Of a stretch of 32,000 nt of DNA, positions 1 through 8,340 are shown in pieces. Numbering within the stretch: position 1 is the stretch's first letter; each line of letters begins with the position of its first letter. The notes below the pieces were generated by a model. The model was not told where the DNA came from, ran no database searches, and saw nothing but the letters and a program-made list of their open reading frames with translations. The stretch comes from Mycolicibacterium smegmatis (GTDB lineage Bacteria; Actinomycetota; Actinomycetes; Mycobacteriales; Mycobacteriaceae), in assembly GCF_001457595.1 (NCBI RefSeq), contig NZ_LN831039.1, positions 6,870,001-6,902,000 of the forward strand, given 5' to 3'. The position numbers were made by a program, and so were the translations under genes.

Positions 1-2
1 TT

Positions 3-1529
3 GCCGTACTCGTCTACGGGATGCCGATAGGACAGTCCCTGTTGGCGGCCTCCGAGGGCGCGGCCTTCGGGTTCTTTCCGATCCTGTGGATCGTGATCAA
101 CGCGATCTGGGTTTACCAGATGACCGTCGAGACAGGCCATTTCGATGTGCTACGGCGCTCCTTCAGCTCCATCAGCGACGACCAGCGCATCCAGGCCATC
201 ATCATCACGTTCTCGTTCGGGGCCTTGCTCGAGGCGCTCGCCGGCTTCGGCACACCCGTGGCGGTCACGTCGGTGATGCTGATGGCCCTGGGCTTCCAGC
301 CCTTGAAGGCTGCCGTGCTGGCGCTGGTCGCCAATACCGCGCCGGTGGCCTTCGGCGCGATGGCCACGCCGATCATCACGCTGGGCAAGGTCACCGAATT
401 GGATTTCGACACACTCGGTGCGATGGTCGGCCGGCAGACACCGATCCTCGCGGTGTTCGTCCCGCTGGCGCTCGTGGCAATCGTCGACGGGCGCCGCGGC
501 ATGCGCGCGGTATGGCCTGCGGCAGTGGTCTGTGGCGTGGTGTTCGCCGTCGCACAGTACGCCACATCGAACTTCCTCTCGGTGCCACTGGCCGACGTGG
601 TGGCTTCGCTGGCATCGGCCGCCGCGGTGGTCGCGCTGGTCCGGGTGTGGCAACCCGCCAACACGTACACCGAAGTCGCCGAGCCTGCCGCGGTCACCAC
701 GCATACCGGACCGCCGCCGCACGGCCGCAGTGGCGGCACGGGCGGCAGTGCGGACCTTCCCGAGCCAGATCAGAACGTCGAGGACGCCCGCGCCGACGTC
801 GTCAAGGCGTACGCACCCTACGGGATCATCATCGGCGTCTTCGTGATCTGCCAGATCCCCGCGGTCAAAAGCCTTCTCGATTCGGCGACGTTCGCAGGGA
901 ATTGGCCGGGTCTCAACGTGGTCGACGTCAACGGCGATCCGTCGTCGATGACGAAATTCACCCTGAACCTGCTGACCACTCCCGGCACGCAGATGCTCTT
1001 CGCGGGTGTGCTCACGATGGTCGCACTCAAACTGTCGGTGTCACGAGCGGCCAGGGCCTACTGGACGACGCTGCACCAATTGCGCTGGGCGATCCTCACC
1101 GTCATGGCGGTGCTCGCACTCGCATTCGTGATGAATCTGTCCGGTCAGACGATCACGCTCGGCACCTTCATGGCCGCCGCGGGCGGGGCGTTCGCATTGC
1201 TGTCGCCCATCCTGGGCTGGCTCGGGGTGGCCGTCACCGGATCGGACACCTCCGCGAACTCACTGTTCGGCGCGCTTCAGGTGACCGCCGCGTACCAGGC
1301 CGGCCTGTCGGATGTTCTGATGGCCGCCTCGAACAGTTCCGGTGGCGTCCTGGGCAAGATGGTCTCGCCGCAGAACCTTGCCATCGCGGCCGCGGCAGTC
1401 GGCCTCAACGGCAGGGAAGGCGACATCTTCCGTCGGGTGGTCCTGTGGAGTCTCGGTTTCCTGGTCCTGCTGTGCGCGTTGACGGCGCTGCAATCCTCAC
1501 CCGTGCTGTCGTGGATGGTGCCGTCCTGA
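3..1529 (+). CDS. lldP: L-lactate permease (LctP/LldP family), 5'-truncated at the window edge
   Basis: The frame is open from nt 3 (AVLVYGMP...), so the ATG at 21 is internal. The product aligns along its length with remembered E. coli LldP blocks: GFFP/LWPI, DQR, FGA(L/F)LE(A/G)AAGFG(T/A)PVA, NTAPVAFGAMxxPI, MVGRQ, WP, GWLGVxxTGSDTSxNxLFxxLQ, GKMxSPQxxAIA. The protein is strongly hydrophobic. Roughly 50 N-terminal residues lie outside the window. Confidence 0.92.
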   Translation, partial: AVLVYGMPIGQSLLAASEGAAFGFFPILWIVINAIWVYQMTVETGHFDVLRRSFSSISDDQRIQAIIITFSFGALLEALAGFGTPVAVTSVMLMALGFQPLKAAVLALVANTAPVAFGAMATPIITLGKVTELDFDTLGAMVGRQTPILAVFVPLALVAIVDGRRGMRAVWPAAVVCGVVFAVAQYATSNFLSVPLADVVASLASAAAVVALVRVWQPANTYTEVAEPAAVTTHTGPPPHGRSGGTGGSADLPEPDQNVEDARADVVKAYAPYGIIIGVFVICQIPAVKSLLDSATFAGNWPGLNVVDVNGDPSSMTKFTLNLLTTPGTQMLFAGVLTMVALKLSVSRAARAYWTTLHQLRWAILTVMAVLALAFVMNLSGQTITLGTFMAAAGGAFALLSPILGWLGVAVTGSDTSANSLFGALQVTAAYQAGLSDVLMAASNSSGGVLGKMVSPQNLAIAAAAVGLNGREGDIFRRVVLWSLGFLVLLCALTALQSSPVLSWMVPS

Positions 1530-1656
1530 TCCGGGCTGCTACTTCGGGTATGTGCCGCACCGCTTCTCAACCGCGTCACCGACGTCGAGCAGTCCTGTGT
1601 GGTTCACCGCGGCCTCAGGTAGCCATTCGCCACCCATCGAACCCTCGGATGACCGG

Positions 1657-4389
1657 TCAGGCGATTCCGGTAGGAGCACCGAGCGCAGCGTGCAGTTGGT
1701 TACGTCTGGTGATCCCCAGTTTGGGAAACACCTTGTAGAGATGGGCGGCCACGGTGCGGTGCGACAGGTAGATGCGGTCTGCGATCTCCCGGTTCGTCAT
1801 CCCCGCCGCGGCCATCTGAGCGATCTGCAGTTCCTGCGGGGTGAGGGCGCCGGCATCGGCACCAGAGTGGGTACCCGGTCGAGGCGCCGAGGTGACCCCG
1901 GCGGCCCGCAGTTCGGCAGCCGCGCGCTCGGCAAAAGGTACCGCGCCCGCTCTGTCGAAGGCGGTCAAAGCGGCCGAAAGGTGCACGCGTGCGTCCACGA
2001 TCCGGCGTCGACGTCGCAACCAGACACCGTAGAGCAAATGAGTACGGGCACTTTCCAGTTCGGCGCCGGTACGTTCCGCCGCACCAAGCGCGGCCCTGAA
2101 ACGGTCCTCGGATTCGGCGACGGAGTCAGCCAGCAGCGCGTGTGCGCGGTGGACGAGGAAGCTGTCGATCCCCAGGCGCTCGGCTTGTTCCTCGGCCTCG
2201 GCGAGCAGAGGTCGGGCGATGTCGGCTTTTTCGGCCCCGGCTGCCGCCTCTGCGAGATCGGCGATGGCCCACCGTCGACTCGTGCGATGCAGGGTCATCT
2301 GCGTGAGGTGCCCGAGAGCCTGAGTGTGGTCGGCCTCGCAGAGCGCGGCCAGGCCGGCAGCCCAGTGGACGTCATCATTCCAAAGGATCGTGGGTGCCGG
2401 GGAGAGATGGTGCCGAGCACGGTCGAGGACGTGACGCGCACGCTCGCCCTGTCCCTGCCAGACGAGAGCGCGCGCGAGGATGGCGGCCGCAGAACCTGCG
2501 GTCATCGCGATGTTCATACTCTCGGCCATGTGCAGGGCGGTTTGTGCGCTCATTGCGGCGGCTTCGACATGCCCTTCGGTGAGCAGGATGTTCGCCGCGC
2601 CGCGCAACCCCTCGCATTCGTCTGCCAGCGAGCCGCAGTTGCGGGCCTGATTCTGCACGTGAGTCCAGCATTTCAGCGCGCCGGCGCGATCGGTTACCGC
2701 CTCGGCCGCAAAGGCCAGCGACAGCATCAGCAGCGGGGAGTCGCCAACCGTGTCGACCAGCTGCGGAAGCCTGGCTCTCAGGCCCGCCCCCTTGCCGGTG
2801 TCGTCGGCCAGGGCCAGGGCGATGGCGGTCAGCGGGTCGTGTGGATCGTCGTCGAGACGGCCTATCTCCGCGACGACGTCTCGGCGTGAATGCTCCGGGA
2901 GGCCGTGCATGCGGCATTCGATGGCGGCCGCCCACAACAACTGCCGTCGCCCGGGATCGTCGTCGGCGATCTTGCGGGAGAGGGCGAGAAGCTCGTCGGC
3001 CGACTGCCCGGGCGTCGCGGCGGTCGCATTCAGGACGAATCGCGTGATCGCCAGCGGCGTCTCGCTTTCGTGCTCCCTGATGAGCGGTTCGGCCTCGCGC
3101 AGGATTCTGACGGATTCGGCGATCAGACCGGAACTGCGGGCCACCTCGGCGGCAACCGTCATCCGTCGTAATCGCTCCTGCGGATCATCGGTGAGAGCCG
3201 CAGCCCGTCGCAGTGCCGCAGCGGCTTCCGCGCCGGCGCCGCGGACCCGGGCGCGATCGGCCACTCGTTCGAGGTCGGCGGCCACCTCTTCGTTGGGCCC
3301 GAACGCTGCCTCCGCTCGATGCCATGCAGCCCTCGCCGGGTCGGTCGCGGCTGCCGCCAGGGCCCGGTGCACCGCAGCGCGTGACGCGAGTGCCGCGGCA
3401 CCGTAGACGGTGGAGCGTATCAGCGGATGTCTGATCTGGATTCGACCCCCAGCGACGGTGATCAGACCCGACTCCTCGAGCGACCCGAGGTGTTCTGTCA
3501 GCGAGAACCCGAGATGATCTGCCGCCCAGTCGATCTCCGAGAGGAGGCCGTTCCCCGTCGCGATCAGCAACAGCAACAGTCGGCTCTCATCGGAAAGCGG
3601 CCCGAGTTGTGTCAGGAATGCGCGTTCGACGCGCCTGGTGGTGGGCAGCGGCTCACCCGCGAAAATCGGTGCCCCGTCGCCACTCTCGATGAGTGCGATG
3701 GTCAGCTCGATGACCGCCATGGGATTGCCGTTGGCCTGCTCGAGGATGCGCTGCCGAGCGACCTCATCGACTCGATCGGATCTCTCCGGGTCACGCAGCG
3801 TCAAGGCGAGCAGTTCAGCGGCGTCAGCGGGCTCCAAGGGGCCCATCGTCAGTCGCGGTAGACCGTCGAACTGCACCGAGAAGCCGTCCAACGTGGTACG
3901 CGTCGAGCACAACATCATCAACGGCGCGTTGGAGAGCCTGCGCGCCACGAAGTTCAGTACGTCGACCGACGACGGATCCAGCCACTGCGCGTCGTCGATC
4001 ACCAGGAACAGCCGCCGATTGCCGGCGGCCTCCTCCAAAAGGCCCAGCACGGACAACCCGATGAGCATGCGACCCGGCGGGGGGCCGTCCTCGAGTCCGA
4101 ACGCGGTCATGAGTGCCGCCCGCTGACGCGGCGGCAACGCGTCGACCTGCGCCAGCAAGGGATGAAGAAGTTCATGCAGCCCGGCGTATCCGATTTCCAT
4201 CTGGCTCTGCAGACCGGAACAACCCAGCCGCGCGTAACCGTTGGCGACCGCCCAGTCCGAGGCAGCCGCCAGCAACGTGGACTTGCCGATACCCGGATCG
4301 CCGTCGATCACCAGCGCGGCGCCACCAGTGGAGATATCGGCCAACACATCCGTGACAGCGGCAAGCTCTTCGGATCGCCCCACCATCAC
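1657..4389 (-). CDS. Large ATP-binding LuxR-family regulator (LAL / MalT-like): N-terminal P-loop NTPase, helical repeat middle region, C-terminal LuxR HTH
   Basis: 910 aa. Walker A is GDPGIGKSTLL and Walker B-like is LFLVIDDAQWLD. The Ala/Leu-rich central region looks TPR-like. The C-terminal LuxR HTH is LTPQELQIAQMAAAGMTNREIADRIYLSHRTVAAHLYKVFPKLGI. GTG start at 4389, with an ATG one codon downstream. Confidence 0.9.
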   Translation of the reverse strand: MMVGRSEELAAVTDVLADISTGGAALVIDGDPGIGKSTLLAAASDWAVANGYARLGCSGLQSQMEIGYAGLHELLHPLLAQVDALPPRQRAALMTAFGLEDGPPPGRMLIGLSVLGLLEEAAGNRRLFLVIDDAQWLDPSSVDVLNFVARRLSNAPLMMLCSTRTTLDGFSVQFDGLPRLTMGPLEPADAAELLALTLRDPERSDRVDEVARQRILEQANGNPMAVIELTIALIESGDGAPIFAGEPLPTTRRVERAFLTQLGPLSDESRLLLLLIATGNGLLSEIDWAADHLGFSLTEHLGSLEESGLITVAGGRIQIRHPLIRSTVYGAAALASRAAVHRALAAAATDPARAAWHRAEAAFGPNEEVAADLERVADRARVRGAGAEAAAALRRAAALTDDPQERLRRMTVAAEVARSSGLIAESVRILREAEPLIREHESETPLAITRFVLNATAATPGQSADELLALSRKIADDDPGRRQLLWAAAIECRMHGLPEHSRRDVVAEIGRLDDDPHDPLTAIALALADDTGKGAGLRARLPQLVDTVGDSPLLMLSLAFAAEAVTDRAGALKCWTHVQNQARNCGSLADECEGLRGAANILLTEGHVEAAAMSAQTALHMAESMNIAMTAGSAAAILARALVWQGQGERARHVLDRARHHLSPAPTILWNDDVHWAAGLAALCEADHTQALGHLTQMTLHRTSRRWAIADLAEAAAGAEKADIARPLLAEAEEQAERLGIDSFLVHRAHALLADSVAESEDRFRAALGAAERTGAELESARTHLLYGVWLRRRRRIVDARVHLSAALTAFDRAGAVPFAERAAAELRAAGVTSAPRPGTHSGADAGALTPQELQIAQMAAAGMTNREIADRIYLSHRTVAAHLYKVFPKLGITRRNQLHAALGAPTGIA

Positions 4390-4406
4390 CTCACCGAAGG
4401 TAGCAC

Positions 4407-4433
4407 AGCTGAGTTGGTCCGGCCAACTCAGCT
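4407..4433. promoter_or_regulatory. Perfect 11-bp inverted repeat AGCTGAGTTGG-tccgg-CCAACTCAGCT in the 55-bp divergent LAL/HxlR intergenic region; candidate operator
   Basis: Read directly. Arms are 4407-4417 and 4423-4433 with a 5-nt spacer. The repeat lies 12 nt upstream of the HxlR GTG (4445) and 18 nt upstream of the LAL start (4389). The function is inferred only. Confidence 0.4.
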
Positions 4434-4444
4434 AGACTGTTCAG

Positions 4445-4897
4445 GTGCGCCGAAATACCTGGTCTGAAGATGCGTGTCCGATTGCACGCACCATGTCGGT
4501 GCTGGGACAGCCATGGGCTCCCCTGATCATCCGGGAAGCTCTGCTGGGGCGGTCACGGTTCTCCGAGTTCCGGGACGCACTGGGCGTGGCGTCGGACGTT
4601 CTCAGCGCACGACTGGCCGAACTGGTGAGGGTTGGCGTCCTGGAAGTGGAGGACTACCAGGTACCTGGTGAGAGGCGGCGTAGCCGATACGTGCTCACCG
4701 AACCCGGACGTGGACTGGTTTCCGTGCTGGCGGCGATGGGCCAGTGGGGCCGCGTCCACCTGCCCCGGGAGGACAGTGCCCGTTACCGATTCGTCGAGGC
4801 AGCCACCGGCGAACCGGTCGTCGCGGGCTTCCACCGCACCGACGGTCGGCCGGTAGCCGCCGCAGAGGTGGCGTTGGTGGATCCTCACTCCACCTAG
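4445..4897 (+). CDS. HxlR-family (MarR-like winged-helix) transcriptional regulator
   Basis: 150 aa. Carries the typical HxlR N-terminal signature CPIARTMSVLGQPWAPLIIREALLGRSRFSEFRDALGVASDVLSARLAELVRVGVLE. GTG start. Confidence 0.88.
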   Translation: MRRNTWSEDACPIARTMSVLGQPWAPLIIREALLGRSRFSEFRDALGVASDVLSARLAELVRVGVLEVEDYQVPGERRRSRYVLTEPGRGLVSVLAAMGQWGRVHLPREDSARYRFVEAATGEPVVAGFHRTDGRPVAAAEVALVDPHST

Positions 4898-4955
4898 CTG
4901 CAACGACGTCCGGCAGTCATCTCACGGATACCCGGACCCGGCACGCGGTGGAAGC

Positions 4956-5687
4956 GTGATGCCCATGACGAGCGACCTTCTCCAGACGACACTGCGGGCC
5001 CACGGTGGCCTCGACCGTTGGAAGAAACTGACGTCGATCAGCGCGCACAGGAGTTTCGGTGGTGCAATCTGGGACATCAAACAAGTTCCGGGAATCGTCG
5101 ATGACGGAGAGTTCACTGTCTGGATCAAGGATCAACGCACGTCGTTGCGTCCGTTCACCGCACCGGGACTGAAGACCGCCTACACCCCGGGTCGCGTCGG
5201 AATAGAGACCCTCGACGGCGACGTTGTCGAGGTGCTGGAGGAACCACGCTCGTCCTTCACCGGGCATTCTCTGGAAACTCCTTGGACGGCACTGCAACTG
5301 GCGTACTTCACCGGGTACGCGATGTGGACGTACACAGCGGAGCCGTTCAATCTCACCCTGCCCGGTGTGCAGACCGAGGAGGGCGAACCGTGGGCCGAGA
5401 ACGGCCGCCGGTGGCGGCGTCTGCACGTGCACTACCCCGCGACCGTCGCCACCCACAGTTCACACCAGGTGCTCTACATCGACGATGACGGGCTCATCCG
5501 GCGCCGAGACTACGAAGTCGACATCGCGGGCGGTTCGCCTGCCGCCCAATATGTGTCGGACCACGACGCGATCGACGGCATCGTGGTACCGCGGACCCGC
5601 ATGATCTACGTTCGCGCCGCCGACAACCACCCGATCCACGAGCAACTGGTGGTATCGATCGAACTGACCGGCGTAACGCTCAATTAG
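4956..5687 (+). CDS. Conserved-looking hypothetical protein, family not recognised
   Basis: 243-aa ORF, 58 nt downstream of the HxlR gene and co-directional with it. The composition is balanced (W, Y, F, D, E, K present), unlike the overlapping Arg/Pro-rich alternative frames. The start is ambiguous: GTG 4956, ATG 4959 or ATG 4965. I could not assign a catalytic motif. Confidence 0.7.
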   Translation: MMPMTSDLLQTTLRAHGGLDRWKKLTSISAHRSFGGAIWDIKQVPGIVDDGEFTVWIKDQRTSLRPFTAPGLKTAYTPGRVGIETLDGDVVEVLEEPRSSFTGHSLETPWTALQLAYFTGYAMWTYTAEPFNLTLPGVQTEEGEPWAENGRRWRRLHVHYPATVATHSSHQVLYIDDDGLIRRRDYEVDIAGGSPAAQYVSDHDAIDGIVVPRTRMIYVRAADNHPIHEQLVVSIELTGVTLN

Positions 5688-5690
5688 CGA

Positions 5691-6542
5691 TCAGGGCCGG
5701 TTCCCAGCAAGGAATTCGGTGACCTCGCGGGCGAAGTCCGGTAGGTGCTGGAACAGAAAGCCGTGTCCCGCGTCGCTGTAGAGAACGATCTTGGCGTCGG
5801 GAAGCCTGCCGGCCATCGCATAACTCGCGTAAGCGTCGATCATGCGATCGTGTGCACCGTTGGCCACCAGAACCGGGACGGTGATGTCGTTCAGCCGGTC
5901 CCAGATGCGCGACCCGGTCGAGGCGATCACCTTCAGCTGTGCCGTCATCGTCTCGGCCGACACCGGCACGTGGTCGGGGGCAGTGGTGCGCCTGTCGAGC
6001 CTCCTCAGCGATTCCACACCCAGTTTGCGGCCAGGCTCGGTTTCCGGAAAGAACAGGTAGAGAAAATCCTCGTCGTCGTTGACGGGCTTGGTCGCCACCT
6101 GCCAGATCCGCGGATCAGGCCCGGGCATTCCCGGCACTCCCCCACCGGGTGTGCTACCGGCGACGACGAGCCTGCGCACCAGTTCAGGACGTTGAAGTGC
6201 GACTTCCTGGACGACGATGCCGCCCAAAGACCAGCCCAGCAGGTCGATCTCGTCCAGACCAAGGGCACCGACGAAGTCGATCAGCCCGCCCGCGAGCTCC
6301 GCCATGGTGGTGGGCGGGGTCCCGGTGCTCTTGCTGTGTCCCACGTTGTCGAAGACGACGACGTCGTGCGTTGCGGCGAGCCGATCGAGGAACGCCGGGT
6401 CCCAATGGTCCATGGTGCCGCGGAACCGCAGCGCCAACACAAGCGGCACTCCCGCTCCGGATCCGAACCGGCGGTAGGCGAAGCGCGCGCGCCGGCCCTG
6501 TACGTACTGCGTCTGCGCTTGCGTGGAGGGTGAGTGAATCAT
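5691..6542 (-). CDS. Alpha/beta-fold hydrolase (Ser nucleophile)
   Basis: 283 aa. Nucleophile elbow is GWSLGG and the C-terminal His motif is DAGHGFLFQH. The layout is typical of the family: VLALRFRGTMDHW...VVVFDNVGHSKS. Confidence 0.88.
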   Translation of the reverse strand: MIHSPSTQAQTQYVQGRRARFAYRRFGSGAGVPLVLALRFRGTMDHWDPAFLDRLAATHDVVVFDNVGHSKSTGTPPTTMAELAGGLIDFVGALGLDEIDLLGWSLGGIVVQEVALQRPELVRRLVVAGSTPGGGVPGMPGPDPRIWQVATKPVNDDEDFLYLFFPETEPGRKLGVESLRRLDRRTTAPDHVPVSAETMTAQLKVIASTGSRIWDRLNDITVPVLVANGAHDRMIDAYASYAMAGRLPDAKIVLYSDAGHGFLFQHLPDFAREVTEFLAGNRP

Positions 6543-6560
6543 CTCGGATCTTCCTTCTTC

Positions 6561-7139
6561 TCAACGGCTTTTCATGTTCGACGGCCACCTTCTCGGCGTG
6601 CGTCCGGTATACGGGACGAGCCTGTCCAACGCGGCCGCGTCCGCGGCGACGGACACGGGATCGTCGAAACCTGCTGTTTCACGGCTCGCCGGCGTGATGA
6701 TGTGGCGAGCCATGGCGAGGACGAAGTCGGCGTGTGCCGCGGTGATGCCGAGAGGCCGGTGCAGTGCCTGCGCGAAATCCCAACCGTGCACGACGAGTTC
6801 GACCGACAGCACGCCCAACGCCAGCCGGGCAGGCATGACCCGGCCCGCGAAAACGACCTCACCGGCAGTTCCGCGGCGCTGCCACACAGCGATGACCGCT
6901 TCGGTACTCGCAGCCACCCGGGCCTCGATGTCATCGTCGTGACTGACGACTTCAAACCGCACAAATCCGGCGTCCGCGGCGGCCCCCACCATCCTGACGG
7001 TTCCCACCAGGTGCTCTCCGAGCGCCGCGACATCGAACCCGGCGCACGGCGTGGGTAGGCCGCAGTCGTCGGGTGTGATGGCACTCAGCACGGGGCGCAG
7101 CGCGCTCAGTGCCGACTGAGGGCTCGACAGTTCGTCCAT
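6561..7139 (-). CDS. TIGR03086-type actinobacterial protein (mycothiol maleylpyruvate isomerase N-terminal / DinB-like fold)
   Basis: The product MDELSS...TPCAGFDVAALGEHLVG...ELVVHGWDFAQAL...LDRLVPYTGRTP matches the remembered TIGR03086/MDMPI_N pattern. I prefer the internal ATG at 7139 (192 aa) over the ORF-track start at 7268, because the upstream 43 codons are atypical. The gene ends 18 nt before the start of the downstream hydrolase gene, so the two are probably an operon. Confidence 0.78.
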   Translation of the reverse strand: MDELSSPQSALSALRPVLSAITPDDCGLPTPCAGFDVAALGEHLVGTVRMVGAAADAGFVRFEVVSHDDDIEARVAASTEAVIAVWQRRGTAGEVVFAGRVMPARLALGVLSVELVVHGWDFAQALHRPLGITAAHADFVLAMARHIITPASRETAGFDDPVSVAADAAALDRLVPYTGRTPRRWPSNMKSR

Positions 7140-7295
7140 GTCTGCCCAGTGTGGTGTGGACGCGCGTGCTCCGGCATAGGTCACTCGACTGATTTCGGTG
7201 CACGTAACCCCACCGGTCGGCGTGTCATCTGTATGGGCCGACTGATGGTCATCACGCCTATACCGCATCCATGGCTGATCTGGTGTCGTGACCTC

Positions 7296-8312
7296 ATGAG
7301 TTCATACCGTGCGTACCAGGTCACTGGTCGACGCAAATTCGAACTGGTGCAGTGCGAGATACGAGACCCCGCCGAAGAGCAGGTGCGCATACGCACGCTG
7401 GCGTGCGGGGTATGTCATAGCGACGCACTCGCCGTCGAGGGGCAGCGGCCGAATCCAGAGGAGCCTGTCGTTCCCGGTCACGAGGTGGTCGGTGTGGTCG
7501 ACGCAGTCGGCAGCGGGATCCAGGAGCGTTGGCGAATCGGCGAACGTGTGGGCGTGGGTTTCCTCGGCGGTCAGTGCGGTCACTGCGACTACTGCCGCCG
7601 GGGCGACTTCGTGAACTGCCTCGACCAGCCCCTGACCGGGACGACGGTCGACGGTGGGTACTCGGAGATGCTGTATGTGCGGGAATCCGCGTTGGTCCGT
7701 GTTCCTGAGGGATTCGACGCGCTCACCGCCGCACCGTTGTTGTGCGCCGGTGTCACGGTGTTCAACGCGTTGCGCGCAGGCGACGCACCGCCCAACACCC
7801 TGGTTGCCGTGCAGGGCCTCGGCGGACTGGGGCACCTCGGCGTTCAGTACGCGAAGAAATTGGGCTATGAGGTTGCCGCGATAGCCCGCGGCACCGACAA
7901 GGCCGATCTGGCCGCCACCTTGGGGGCCGACCACTACATCGACAGTGCCACCGAGGACGTCGCCGCGGGACTCACCCGATTGGGTGGGGCGGCCGCCGTC
8001 GTCGCGACGGCCAGCAGCGGCCAATCGATGGCCGGCTTGGTGGCAGGGCTCAGGCCACGCGGGCGCTTGGTTGTCGTCGGAGCCGCCCCCGACCCGATAC
8101 CAGTACAGACCCCGGACCTGATCTTCGGCGGCCGCACCATCGTCGGCAGCCTCACAGGCTCGGCAATCGACAATGAAGACAACCTCGCATTCAGCCTCAA
8201 CCACCAGATCGCACCGATGATCGAGCGCATGCCGTTCACCGAGGCGCCCCAGGCGTACGAACGAATGATGTCCGGACACGCGCGTTTTCGCGTGGTTCTC
8301 GATTTCAGCTGA
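7296..8312 (+). CDS. Zn-dependent alcohol dehydrogenase (MDR superfamily), tandem copy 1
   Basis: 338 aa from the internal ATG (MSSYRAYQV...). Catalytic Zn motifs are GVCHSD and GHEVVG. Structural Zn cysteines are CGHCDYCRRGDFVNC. Rossmann motif is GLGGLGHLGVQYAKKLG. The track start at 7149 adds 49 atypical residues and was rejected. Confidence 0.9.
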   Translation: MSSYRAYQVTGRRKFELVQCEIRDPAEEQVRIRTLACGVCHSDALAVEGQRPNPEEPVVPGHEVVGVVDAVGSGIQERWRIGERVGVGFLGGQCGHCDYCRRGDFVNCLDQPLTGTTVDGGYSEMLYVRESALVRVPEGFDALTAAPLLCAGVTVFNALRAGDAPPNTLVAVQGLGGLGHLGVQYAKKLGYEVAAIARGTDKADLAATLGADHYIDSATEDVAAGLTRLGGAAAVVATASSGQSMAGLVAGLRPRGRLVVVGAAPDPIPVQTPDLIFGGRTIVGSLTGSAIDNEDNLAFSLNHQIAPMIERMPFTEAPQAYERMMSGHARFRVVLDFS

Positions 8313-8340
8313 GCATTCCAGACCCTTCCATCGAAAGGCA

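Noticed and set aside
86-2889. Plus-strand ORFs 86-1738 (550 aa) and 1552-2889 (445 aa)
   Set aside because: The first is an alternative frame of the lactate permease gene and the second is antisense to the LAL regulator. Both are Arg/Gly/Pro-rich.
1657-4389. LAL protein as a STAND-type anti-phage or defence NTPase
   Set aside because: The C-terminus is a canonical LuxR DNA-binding HTH and the architecture matches MalT/LAL transcription activators. No nuclease, TIR, protease or other effector domain, and no defence-gene neighbours, were seen.
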